From Lama guanicoe (Eukaryota), in assembly GCA_013239625.1 (NCBI GenBank), contig MU054212.1, positions 8,127,412 through 8,191,411 of the forward strand: a stretch of DNA of 64,000 nt, read 5' to 3'. How positions within the stretch are numbered: position 1 is the first letter of the stretch; every line of letters begins with the position of its first letter. Positions 38,328 through 49,630 of the stretch are shown in pieces. The notes beneath the pieces are model-generated. The model did no database searches. It was not told where the DNA came from and saw only the letters and a list, made by a program, of their open reading frames with translations. The position numbers were made by a program, and so were the translations under genes.

Positions 38328-40443
38328 GCTGTAGCCCTTTTGCTTCTGTTATACGCAGTTGAGTTTCATTCATGTCAGTGAACGTTATGAATGCCACAAA
38401 GAACTTTTTTAGAATTCCCAAATTTCTTCATTCCTTGGAGAAGAGCCAAGTTTCCAACTGGTTTCAGGGCCAAAGCTATTGACTGTTAATTCTGAATTAC
38501 AAAACCCAAACCCTGTATCTGCTGTTTTGAAAGTTGCATGTCTGTTTCATTTCCTTCCAATGTGGCCAAGCTAAGGAGCCGCCTGCCGAGTGGTACCTAA
38601 TGGGGTTAATGCAGATGACAGCGAGGCTGTTAAAATGGAGGCTGAGTTTCAGGGCTAGTTCTAGAATCTCCTTTTGCAGGTGGTTGGAGAAATCTGTGTG
38701 TTTAAATCATAACTCTGCTTTTTAAAAATAGTACTTGGAATACTTGGGGATATGGCAGGAAGCAGTTTTCTCTCAGTTTTTAAAAGGAGCAGTTAAAGGT
38801 GAATGGGACGGACACGCAGAAAAATGTTATTTTCTGTTCATTCTCTCTGGGAGATGGCAGCTCTTAGCTGGAGTTAGGACTTCTGATTGTGAGACGACGT
38901 GGAGCTTTGTGCCTACATTAAAAGCATTATCACTAAGCAATGAATGATAACGAAGGTCACATTAATAATCACAGTGCTCGGCTGCCTGGAAATGCCTGGA
39001 ATAAAGAGCAGGCAGCTCTGCCCGCGGATAAAACTCACGTTTTATCCAGCGTGTCTCCAAGCAGCTTAGTATTAATGTTCTTTACATGGGTTTTCTTCAC
39101 TAGCTCTAAATTGTGAACAGCCTAATTTTAGGAAAAAAGTATATTTCAATATCTATGTTTTAATAAAAATACATGCGTTTTATAATTGTTGGGCATGTTT
39201 GTTTCTCCACCGTCCTTGTCTGAAGTCGACACTGTGCTGAGACCTCAGCTCCCCTAGGAGGCTCTGCGGGGAGAATTGGTGCCTGGAGGAATCAGCCTTG
39301 CATTGCCTGTCTAATCCCATAAGAGAGTCCTAGAGCCCTGTAAAAATAAAACAGATGCATGTGTGCCCACAGTGGCTTGTGTGATTGTTACCTGAAGACA
39401 ATAAACGACCTCTTCTGTTCCAGCCCTTGAGTCCGCGCGTGTATCAGTTATTCCACGAGTTCAGTGGAAGCTTTAATGCCCAATTTTAAATGAAACTCAG
39501 TACAGTTTCCATACGTCTCTCCAGGGAGATTTCATCTTGTCAGGGTTTGTCTTTCAGAGACCCTCTTTGACTCCAGCTTCCCTCCATCCCAGTCCACCCC
39601 CTCCTCCTCCCAGCCAAATACTGTCCCCCCGCCCCTGCATTTCAGGTCACAAATAAAGAGCAAGTGATGAACTGAGAATTATGTGGACACGTTCTTTCCT
39701 TGGTGAGATGTTTAAACCCTCCCCCTCGTGGCATTGAATCTGGAGAATGAATTATGCACAGCTGAAAAGCGGGGGGAAGTTTCTGGTTCAGGGGACACAT
39801 TTACGAGTCACTCCCGACGGATGCCCAGTTCATTATGAGGGCCAGCCACGGGGGTTTCACATCAGCCTTTTGTTAGGAGGGAGCCAGGAAGGAGGCACTC
39901 AGGCAGAATCTATTTCTGTTGTTAGAAGGTTTTTCAGAGGAAAACACACACACACTAGTGAATGTCTCCTGTGGGACCGAATCTCTTCATTCCCCGCTCA
40001 GGTTGATGGACAATTTTTGGAGTTTCTTCCTTTGTCTTGATAGTTAATTGGTGGATATAAATCTATACTTCTTTTCTTCAGAATATTTACAGGTTATTTT
40101 AGAAAGATGCCACTTGTAAAAGAAGGAAATACTCATTTTTATATCAGCGATTGCCTCAAACTCTTTTAAACTCTTACAATACTTGTGGATATAGAGAAGT
40201 GTTTGCAAAATGGCTATCTCTGTCAGGATGATCACCCCCCAAAAAAATTCTGAGTAAAAAGCCGTGTTTATGAGTGTGTTTGAAATAATACCCTTCCCTT
40301 TACCTGGTGTATAGGAACAGGCCAACCTTGACAGTCCTAAAAACGTGAACCAAAGCCCACCCTATGAGATGAGAATTAAAGGTGAGACCCTGATCCTGGA
40401 CCAAGTGTAAGTCCAGTGACTGGTAAAGAAAGTGTTCATTGTA

Positions 40444-40551
40444 GGGTGGGTAGAGCTCAGTGGTAGAGCGCATGCTTAGCACACAACTGGTCCTGGGTTC
40501 AATCCCCAGTGCCTCCATGAAAGAAAAACAAACAAACAAAAAAACCCAATG
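40444..40551 (+). mobile_element. tRNA-Ala-derived camelid SINE, short form
   Basis: GCTCAGTGGTAGAGCGCATGCTTAGC...GGTTCAATCCCCAGTGCCTCCA followed by an (AAAC)n tail. Degenerate TSD gaaagtgttcattgt / gaaaatgttcttgt. Confidence 0.88.
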
Positions 40552-42375
40552 GAAAATGTTCTTGTGACTCACCGGTGCTTTGCCCACCTTGGCACATATG
40601 GAGACTTCAGAGCCATTTTAAAAGGAACCCTTAACACCTGATCAGTAGGACATGGTTTCCTGTGAAGCACTGATACCATTAGACATCACCTAAGAGACCA
40701 CTTGGGTTATAGCCTATGATACGGACTTCAGAAATCCTTCTGTGCCTAAACTCAAAGAAATCAGTTTTCCAGGTGAAAGAAAAATGCCACCATTCTTCAT
40801 ACCTCCTTTCCAGTCTGTTCTTTTCATTTGTGTGAAACTAGGTGAAGGGTGGATTGCACGTGTGGGTCTTAGGCTGGTGGAGATGGACTGCTCCTCCCAG
40901 TGATGGAGGGACATATTGAAGATACAGATTATCATGAGAGTGAGAAGAGAGATGGTCACAGCCATGAGTCTGGTTGTCAGTTGTCTGCGAAATTGTGTGA
41001 ACAGAGTGTATTGACTTGGGATGGGTTGAGTGTACAGAACGTTTTATATTGAATGTGAAGTTTCCAGTTGTGTATAGACTCCTTTAGGGAGTGAAGTAAA
41101 GAAAGTAAGTTAAGTCGGGGTGGTGGGGAGGAGTGGCTTTTAAAGACTCAGCTTCAAAATGCGTTCAGGGTGAATCTAAGCCAAATGAGGCCTCCTTTCA
41201 GAGCAGCAGACAGTAGTCAACACGTACAGAAGGCTGTTCTTCTGCAGATGGTCACGTCTAAAATTGGGAAGCCTGGCAAACTCAGGCGGTAGTTGTGAAA
41301 AAAAAAATCAAAATTGAAATAGGTTCCACATGCCTCATTCCCAAAATTAATTTCTCAAACCCCTCTCCTTATAGCCACACAGCACCAGAGCCAGGATGCT
41401 AGGACACCTGTCCTGTCATGAGCCCTGCTGAAAAAAAAACACTGCCTTTTCCTCCAAAGGTCACTTTTCCCCCTACACGGACACAAGTCAGGCTGCAGTC
41501 TGTAAGGATGGCAATAAAATACATGAGAAATAATTTCAGTTAAAGGCCACACATGATGCAAGTCGCTATGACATTTTATATGTTTGTCACATTTTGAAGA
41601 GGCACTCCTCTGGAACAGTTCACAAACTTTGCCATGTTGGTTCTTGGACGAAATGGTGGAATACTTGTAATTGATCTGGGGGCCCGTGCTGGTAAGGTGG
41701 TAGAATCCATGTTTTGGTTTCCAGGGTTCGGGGCTCGCCAAGTCTTTATCCAGGCTTTGATCAGAGGGTGACCTCAAGTCTCACTCAGTCACGTAAAATT
41801 CCTTTGGTTTCAGTAAGCAGAAATGTAATTTCTAATTTGTATGACTGAGTAAGTGCTTCAAAGCCTAGACTTGCTGTACCCCACACCCCATCAGCAGATA
41901 CCTGAATACAGGATGGGACCAGGGCACTGTCAGCACCCTGGCCCTCAGCCTGAGGCTGGCCTTTTTCTGAAGTCACGTGCATCTCTGGTCACTTTTCCAC
42001 TGACAAGCCACGACTTCGCCTGCCAGAGGTATGAAGAGGTTTTCATTTTTCTGTGCATTTTTCTTTCTTCCATTTGCAAAAGATGTATCAAGTGCCAGCT
42101 TCCCAGACAGGCATTCAAACATTCACAACAGCCGCGTATGAAATATCTGGTGATTTTCAGTTTATTTTCAGGAAGGAGCCATGGCTGCAAATCCATTTTA
42201 AAATAAAATTTAAAGGCTGTATTAAAATATATGATCCAGAGACCGACGTGCTAGGGAAGTGTCCCTTTCTCACCTACTGCTTTTAGCGCTATTGGATTTA
42301 CCAGCTTTTAAACACAGTAATCTGGTTAAAGTTCTGAGTGGAAGCCACACAGTAGAGGACAGTGCTTTGACTTCC

Positions 42376-42505
42376 TTTTTCGGGGGTGAAGGGGGGGAAT
42401 TAGGTTTATTTATTTATTTGTTTATCAACGGAGGTACTGGGGATGGAATCCAGGACCTCGTGCATGCTGGGCACGTACTCTAACCACTGAGCCATGCCCT
42501 CCCCC
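42376..42505 (-). mobile_element. tRNA-Ala-derived camelid SINE (vic-1-like)
   Basis: aattaggtttatttattt...gaggtactggggatggaatccaggacctcgtgcatgc...ccactgagccatgccctccccc. Confidence 0.88.
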
Positions 42506-44749
42506 AAGCCCTTTTTTTTTAAATATATATAAGGATGGCACAGAGAGAAATGCTTGTCCCACAGACGAGATGTCAGGTTGTCAAAGAATAAACTGCTACG
42601 TCTATGGAAAAGGCATGCCGAAGATCCAAACAGAACAAACCCTCTTTATTTTCAATTTAATTGATTTTAAAAACGCATTATGCACAGTGCAGCTGTTCTC
42701 AGTTCTCTATCATTCGGTGGTGCTTTACCTTTCTTAGCCCTTTATTTTGCTTGCCTGAGTCTCTGGAAATTACTCAGTAAATTTTAAGAAATTAATATTT
42801 TGAATTGGTTTAATTTATACCTTCAAAAGGACTAGGAATCCACGTTTGTGAGGGAAGAATACAAATCCTGCCCTGCTTCCTTCGCAGGGTTTTTTTTTTT
42901 CTTCAAGAATCAAGATGGGAGCATGAAATCACTTTAACTCTAAAATGATAGAAAAGTCAATTTGATACCCACATGACATTTCTGAGGAATAAGCAGAGGC
43001 CAGTACTTGCACCTTAATACTGTCCTAAGGGTTGACACCCAAGAAATTGTAATGAAATCTTCGGATTTTAGAGGCTGTCCACAGAAGAGCTGAGACTAGT
43101 AAATAAGACACCACCAGCCCCGACTTTAACATTTGGGAAAATAGAAATTTTCTTCTGCGAACTGTTGAGTCACCTGAATAATTTAGGCTTGAATGTATTG
43201 AAGTTGCACCTGTAGAGAAAGTGGAAGCTGAAGGAAGCTGGGGAGAAAAGAGTGGATGGCAGAGCAGAAATAGAATTCTTTTTCCACCTGGGCTGCCACC
43301 AGACTTACTGGAGGTTGGGAAGAGCCCTTCCCTCTCTGCGGAGGGGGAATCTGGACCCAGAGCTCTCCCTCATAAAATCTGAAGGTGTCGCACATCTGGA
43401 TGGGGAACTGCTAAAGGGAGCGAAAGATCACCACAGTGTGGAATGAATTTAGAAGTTATCGTGGTGAAATTTGGAGGAAGATAAATTAGAAGAATACCCT
43501 AAGGAGCATGGGTGGTAAATAGAAATTAACTGTGTTGACTCCATTGCTGTTAATCCGAGGTAGGCATGGAAACCTATTTGATGTTGCAGGAGTTTTATTT
43601 TAGAACGTGTCAGAAAATCTCCCTGACCTTGACTCATTCACCCTCACTCTTGGTCCGTCCTGTCGCCTGGTTTTCCCACAGGTCCCTTAACACATGGTGG
43701 TTCCTCCTGCGGGGTTTCTGGGAATGGCAGTTGTGCTGGCTGGAGAAGGGGTTGTGGTAGAGGTTAAGAGTGGTGAGTCTGGTAACTCATTAACTGGAGG
43801 TTTTCTAAAGGAAAGAATCAGATGCTGTTCCATTGTTTACCTGCTTATCTTAATGAGCTCCTGGAAGGCAGATAATGCCTTCCTTGCCATTGTGAGCCCA
43901 AGGTCTAGGTATGGAAGCTTTGTTGTCCTTTGGGGAACGTTATCAGTAAAGACCCAGAAAAGAGTGTGATTCATTGACAGAACAGGGAACAAATGACTTG
44001 CTTCCCTGTTCTTAGGGATTTTTTAAAAGCTACCATAAGTCTCCTACCTGTCCTTCTGTGGTACGTTTCTTTCTATTGTGTAACCACAGACCATCTTTAC
44101 TCACTTTTTTCTGGATTCTCTTTCTATAAAACACACATCTGATCGTGTCTCTCTTGACTTACATTTAGTTTTGTTTTTAAATCGTCCGGAGCAAAAATTT
44201 TATCCCAATTTGGCTTGATGCCGTTTGGCAGAATTCTGCGCCTCGGTGCCCCACCCTCCATCCATCCACTGCCTGGGAAAGCAAAAGCTTTTCACTGAAA
44301 ATACTGCCTGAAGACAAAGCCATCAGAAAATTATGTGAACTGCCAAAATCTATGCTGCTGTATGACAATTACATCAGGTGGTCCCAAACGTTGTAAATTT
44401 TGAACTATCTTTACTGACATTTTATGTAATTTACATAGTTAATTAAAACACTTAACTCATAATTAAAAGCAGATAGTTTTTGTTTGATAAACGATAGACT
44501 ACAGAAAACAGTGGACATTATTAACCCAAAAATCAAAAGCCTTTTAATAATGTCTTGGAAAAGCAGTAACTTTGGTTACATTATTTGGGATGCCAATTCT
44601 GTGAGTTTTTTCAGATCTTCAGGGGAAGAGAATTTAGAGATGAGGGTGCAACTAGGGATGGGTGAATATTTATTTTCACACTTATTTATAAATAAACACA
44701 GTCTTCATTTATGTAGTTGTGCTTAAAAATATTATTTTATCTCTAAATA

Positions 44750-45770
44750 CCATTTGTGACTAAAAGAGTAAGGAACCCTTGGAGAAATGACTGGTTTTAG
44801 GTCTAAGTAGCAAGTGTACAAGTTAAGCCTGACACATTTTGTCATACCAGAAAGCAAGGAAGTTGTCCTGGACCACCAGGATCTTGTCAAAATAACTCAA
44901 AGACAAAAACAAAAACAAAAAACAAACAAACAAAAAAACTCAAAGCCAGTTTGAATAAAGATATAAGTTGCACTGGATTGAAACATGTCAAGTATATTTG
45001 AATCCATGAGTTCATAATTATACTTTAAAAATAAAAACCTCATTGGTCATGTTTGGAGACTGTTCAAGAGCTTACCTCATTTTGAAAACTGGTAAATAAA
45101 GGGAAAGAATCGGGCAGCGATCCTCCTTTTCTTATATGATCAGTATCTCAGAGGAGAAATATCTCCTTGTGGAATTATTCCAGGTCACGTTACCAGTTTA
45201 TAGGAATAGAGGGGACAGCAGAATATGTTGAAACATGCCAGTGGGATGCAGTGAGCAAATTCCAGATTGTGGAAATTCTACAAGACAAACAACCTATATT
45301 CCTTCAATAAATTTTTTAAAATGCAAGGGAAATATTAGAAATGGAGACGAAACCTATAGATAAAAGAAAGTACACACTGAAGAATCACAGTGTATGAACC
45401 TTATTTCAATCCAGATTCAAACTGAAACAAAATTACAGTGCATGTTCGGTATTAAGAAATTTTTACTGTTAGGTGTGATGATGCTATTGCAGTTTTGTTT
45501 TCTTGTCTTTTTTTAATGTCCTTGTCTTTTAGAGACACATGCTAAAATACTTATAGGTGAGATGATGTGATGCTTGGCATTTGCATTAAAATAATCTGGC
45601 TTGGGGGATGGACAGGGGAGGACAGGAGTGTTGATGGGAGTATAAATGAAACAAGATTGGCCGAGTGTAGATAAATGTTGAAACCAAGAAGTAAACACAA
45701 TTGCTCTGTTACTCTTTTCTCCTTTTGCATGTATCAAAAAGCTTTCATTCTGAAAGTTTTTACGTATATA
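44750..45770 (+). mobile_element. Old L1 3' UTR (L1MC3/4-like)
   Basis: ggaacccttggagaaatg...gtcataccagaaagcaaggaag...aatccatgagttcataa...ttttgaaaactggtaaataaagggaaagaatc match L1MC 3' UTR motifs as I recall them. Confidence 0.75.
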
Positions 45771-45894
45771 AAGTTTAGGCACACACATTTTATATAAAAT
45801 TATGTACGGTACATTGCAAAAATTAGTAAAAACACAAAGTTTCAACCAGGTTTAAGTATAAACTATTATTTAATATTAATAATATGAAAAATTT

Positions 45895-46876
45895 TTTATG
45901 GAGCAGTAGGAACTTCCATTCATTGCTGTGTGTTGGGAATGCAAAATGGTACAGCCACCTTGGAGGACAGTTTGACAGTTTCTTATAAAATTAAACATAC
46001 TTTTCCCATACGACCTGTCAGTTGTGCTCTTTGGTGAAATAAGTGAAAACTTACAAAAACCTGCACCTGGACATTTATAGCGGCTTTCTTTATAATTGCC
46101 AAAACTTGGAAGCAACCAAGATACCCTTCAGTAGGTAAGTGGTACATTCAGACAGTGCAATATTATTCAGCGCTAAAAAGAAGTGAGTTCTCAAGCCATA
46201 GAAAGACACGGAGGTTTGTTTGTCTTTCTATTTAGATTCCACAAATAAGTGATATCATATGGTATTCTGGAGAAAAAGAACATGAAAACGAATATATGTA
46301 TGTTGACGTATGACTGAAGCATTGTGCTGGGCACCAGAAATTGACACAACATTGTAAACTGTATTCAATAAAAATATATATATATACAAAAACAGAAAAA
46401 AAAAAAGGAGAGATACAGGAGGAACCTTAAATGCGCATTACGAATTGAAAGAAGCCAGTATGAAAGGGCTGCGTACTCTAGGGTTCCAACTATGTGACAT
46501 TCTGGAAAAGGTAAAACTATGGTGCTGGTAAAAGGGAAAGATAAATCAGGAGAGCACAGAGGATTCTTCGGGCAGTGAAACTCTCCTGTATGATAACTAT
46601 AGTGGTGGATACAGGTCATCGGAGGTTGGTCTCAGCCCACGAATGTACAACCCCAAGAGTGAGCCTGATGTAAACTGTGGCATTTGGGTGATGATAACGC
46701 CCCAGTGCAGGTTCACGGGTTGTAACAAATGTACCAGCTGGTGGGGGTGTGGATGGTGGGGAGGTTGTCTGTTTCCAGGGCGGGGGCAGGAGTGTAAATG
46801 GGAAGACTCTGTAGTTTCCACTCAGTTTTGCTGTGAACCTAAAGCTGCCCTAAAAATGTTTTATTCATTAAAAAAG
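45895..46876 (+). mobile_element. Old L1 3' end (L1MC1-like), interrupted by a younger L1 at 46215-46407
   Basis: gggaatgcaaaatggtacagccacc...aattgccaaaacttggaagcaaccaagat...caacccaagagtgagcctgatgtaaact...gctgtgaacctaaagctg. Confidence 0.8.
46215..46407 (+). mobile_element. Short lineage-specific L1 3' end with 5' inversion
   Basis: Antisense L1 piece at 46215-46268 joined to the sense 3' terminus and A tail. TSD gaaagacacggagg / gagagatacaggagg. Confidence 0.75.
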
Positions 46877-47204
46877 GAAACCAATTAGCTATCAAAGTGC
46901 TTTAAACAAAACAAACCTTATCTGTTACTGGTGGCCAGTGTATGCCCCTCCAGCAAAAAGCTGGGGGAAAACAGTAGGTGTCATGAAATGGGCAGAAGTA
47001 TCTTAACATTCACAGGTGAAGGGAAGACTCATGCAGTCAGGCGGCACTTCCGGATTATCCAGATACTTTGGTTTTCAAGGCTTTGCCCAAAGCTTTGAGG
47101 GATGGAGACTGTTAGGTGAAGGTTTTTTCCTTTTTTCTTTTTTGTTGTTGTTTTAATTTGTATTTATTAGAGAGTAATGCATGTGCATAAATTTATACGA
47201 AACT

Positions 47205-47428
47205 GTTTTTTGTTTGTTTTTTGTTTGGTTTATTGAAGTATAGTCAGTTATATTGTGTCAATTTCTGGTTACAGCATAATGTCCCAGTCATGCATATATA
47301 TGCACACATATATCCATTTTCATATTCTTTTTCATTAAAGGTTATTACAAGGTATTGAATATAGTTCCCTGTGCTATACAGAAGAAATCTGTCTTTTATC
47401 TATTTTTATATATAGTGGTTAGCATTTG
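47205..47428 (-). mobile_element. Lineage-specific L1 3' end
   Basis: T/G tail followed by tttattgaagtatagtcagtta...gtcccagtcatgcat...gttccctgtgctatacagaagaaa. Confidence 0.87.
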
Positions 47429-47569
47429 CGAGGATTGTTCTTCTAATGAAATGTGTATATAACCTGTCTCTACAGTGAATTTCCTTTTCTCTAAAGCTGA
47501 TAAACAATGTTCCTAACTCACCTCCTGCCATGCTTCCCTTCTGTGGGGAAAAAAGCACAGTCCTGCAGT

Positions 47570-48245
47570 CAACATTTTATATTTTTGTTATTTGATGTCT
47601 GGAACTGGACTGGGCACCAGGAATATACAGAGACTAAAAGGAACGAAATCCCTGTCCCCATGGAGCGTGTGTCCTGTCTGTGGAGAGAAAAGGATTAAGG
47701 AGATAATGAGGAGGAGGCCTCCTTGGTGAGGTGGTCTTGGCTGAAGTCACAGCAGTGGCGAGAGTGGGCTTGAAGATTCCAAGAGAGGCAGGAGGCTGGT
47801 GGTGATGGAGTGTGGTGATAGGGAGGGCGGTGGGAGAAGGTGTGGAAGGACAGGATACATAAGGCCTTGTGAAGCGCGGTGAGAACGCTGGCTTGTACTC
47901 AGATGAGCTGCCATTGGAGGGTTTTGAACCAAGAAGTAGAGGATCTGATTTCTGCCAATAGGATCATTGTGGCTGCTGTGTTGAAAATAGGTGGTGGGGG
48001 CCAGGGGGCCAAGCAGGAGACTCACGGACAGACTGCTGCAAAATACCCAGGAGTGCTGACACAGGTTTGGATCAGGCTAGCAGTCTCTGAAAATACTTTG
48101 ACGGTCAAGCCAGTTGGATTAGCTGGTGGAATGGATGCGGCGAGGAAAAGAGAGGAGGCAAGAAAGATGATGGTGTTTTCAGCCTGAGCCACTGGAGTCA
48201 GTGGAGCTGCCGTTTACAGGTCCAGAGATGAGCAGACTAGGGGAG
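47570..48245 (-). mobile_element. L2 fragment just upstream of exon 2
   Basis: gccattggagggttttgaaccaag...aggatcattgtggctgctgtgttgaaaatag...ggtgttttcagcctgagccactgg. Confidence 0.75.
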
Positions 48246-48659
48246 GTGCCGTCTGCAAGGACTTGCGGTGAAAAGTATTAAGAAATCGTTTGTAAAACAA
48301 AGAGTCTTCTCCAGTGTGTACTGTTAAGAGACCTGATCACTTTTTCATACCACACGTAGATTTAAGTACAAAAGTAAGACACTAAGTTACAGGAGAGATG
48401 AGGGATCTCAGGACCTGAAAAATATTTGAGTCAAGTTGAAGGAGAGAGAAAATGATACTGTGTGAACAGTATATGAGATTTAACCATATTACAGCAAATA
48501 TGTAGAGAGAAAGGGAAGGGGAAGGGCTTAGCCAGAGCAGGACTTCGACACGCCTTTGAGTTCTTCTGCCAGAAATCCAGACCTGGAAGAGACGTCTTGC
48601 ATATTTCTGAGTTAATTTCTTCCTTGTAGTTACATTAACTTGTTTGTTTGTTTTTCTAG

Positions 48660-48787
48660 TTGGGGAATGGCGGTCAACGTGTATTCTACCTCGATAACCC
48701 AAGAGACTATGAGCAGACATGACATCATCGCATGGGTTAACGACATAGTATCTTTAAACTACACAAAAGTGGAGCAGCTCTGTTCAG
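48660..48787 (+). CDS. MAPRE2: MAPRE2 coding exon 2, start of calponin-homology domain: (S)[42 protein letters not shown](G)
   Basis: Acceptor ttgtttgtttgtttttctAG with a TTAAC branch-like motif at 48635-48639, and donor CAG|GTAAGA. The exon is 128 nt. Its translation carries the EB-family MAVNVYSTS...SRHD..AWVN...KVEQLCSG motif and joins exon 1 in frame (AG+T = Ser). Confidence 0.98.
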
Positions 48788-48999
48788 GTAAGAGATTCTT
48801 TTAAGCGTTTACCTACACGTTGACTCTCCAGCATGTGGAATGTGATTTTGTGAACTGCAGATGGTGTGTTTTGGGTAGAAAAAAATAGATATCAGTATTG
48901 ATATAGAATTAAAAAGGGGGAAACTCAGAACTAAAGAAGTGATGGGAGAAGTGATGGCCATCTAAGAGTGTGGAGCCTTTCCGACACGGGTCATGAATG

Positions 49000-49630
49000 G
49001 TCTTGTTTAAGCTCTGAAATGCCTTCTGACTGGTCTTCCAGCCTCTCTGTCGCCCCCTGTCAGCCTCCACACATCTCCGCCTAAAATGTAGTTTGTGTCT
49101 GGCAGTACCCTTCCTTAAAAACCCCTCAGGGCTCCACACTGTGCTTCCCACAGGATAAAACTCACACTTCTGTGTGGCTGATAAAGTCCCTTCTGTTCTA
49201 GCTGCAACCAAGCCCCTCGATTTCATCGTCCACATCGCTCTCCCCTGTGCCTCAATCCCACAAAATGCTCTTTGTTCCCTAAAGACTCCCCTTTTGCACC
49301 CCATAGCTTTTTTTTCATGCTCCCTTTGCTGAGGTCTTTCTCAGTCTTCCCATTTGCAGTAAAATGTCATTCAGACTTTAAAATGTAACTCAGTTGTCGC
49401 CCCCTCTGAAGGGGTCCCCAGATCTCCCAGGCTCCACAGTGATCCTGGAACACCGTGCCCATCCTTCCAGAAAAATGTTTGCCACGCTGAGTCAGAAGGC
49501 CCAGCTCTTACTCCCCTGAAGGTACCCAGAGTCCTTGAGGACAGGACTGTGTTTCATCCTTTGTCGAATGTCTTGGAAGGCCCCTCCTGGGTATAAAGTA
49601 GGTCTGTAGGGAATGCACATTGAACTAAAC
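49000..49630 (+). mobile_element. L2 fragment just downstream of exon 2
   Basis: ctgactggtcttccagcctct...ccttaaaaacccctcagggctcc...caggataaaactc...ccttgaggacaggactgtgtt. Confidence 0.65.

Larger units (their letters stand above)
20897..48659 (+). other. MAPRE2: MAPRE2 intron 1 (GT-AG, phase 2, 27,763 nt)
   Basis: GT at 20897 and AG at 48658-48659, between two in-frame coding exons. Confidence 0.93.

Noticed and set aside
40444..40517. tRNA-Ala(AGC) gene, and likewise the five other tRNA-like heads
   Set aside because: The stems are disrupted, and A-rich tails, TSDs and dispersed diverged copies show these are SINEs, not tRNA genes.
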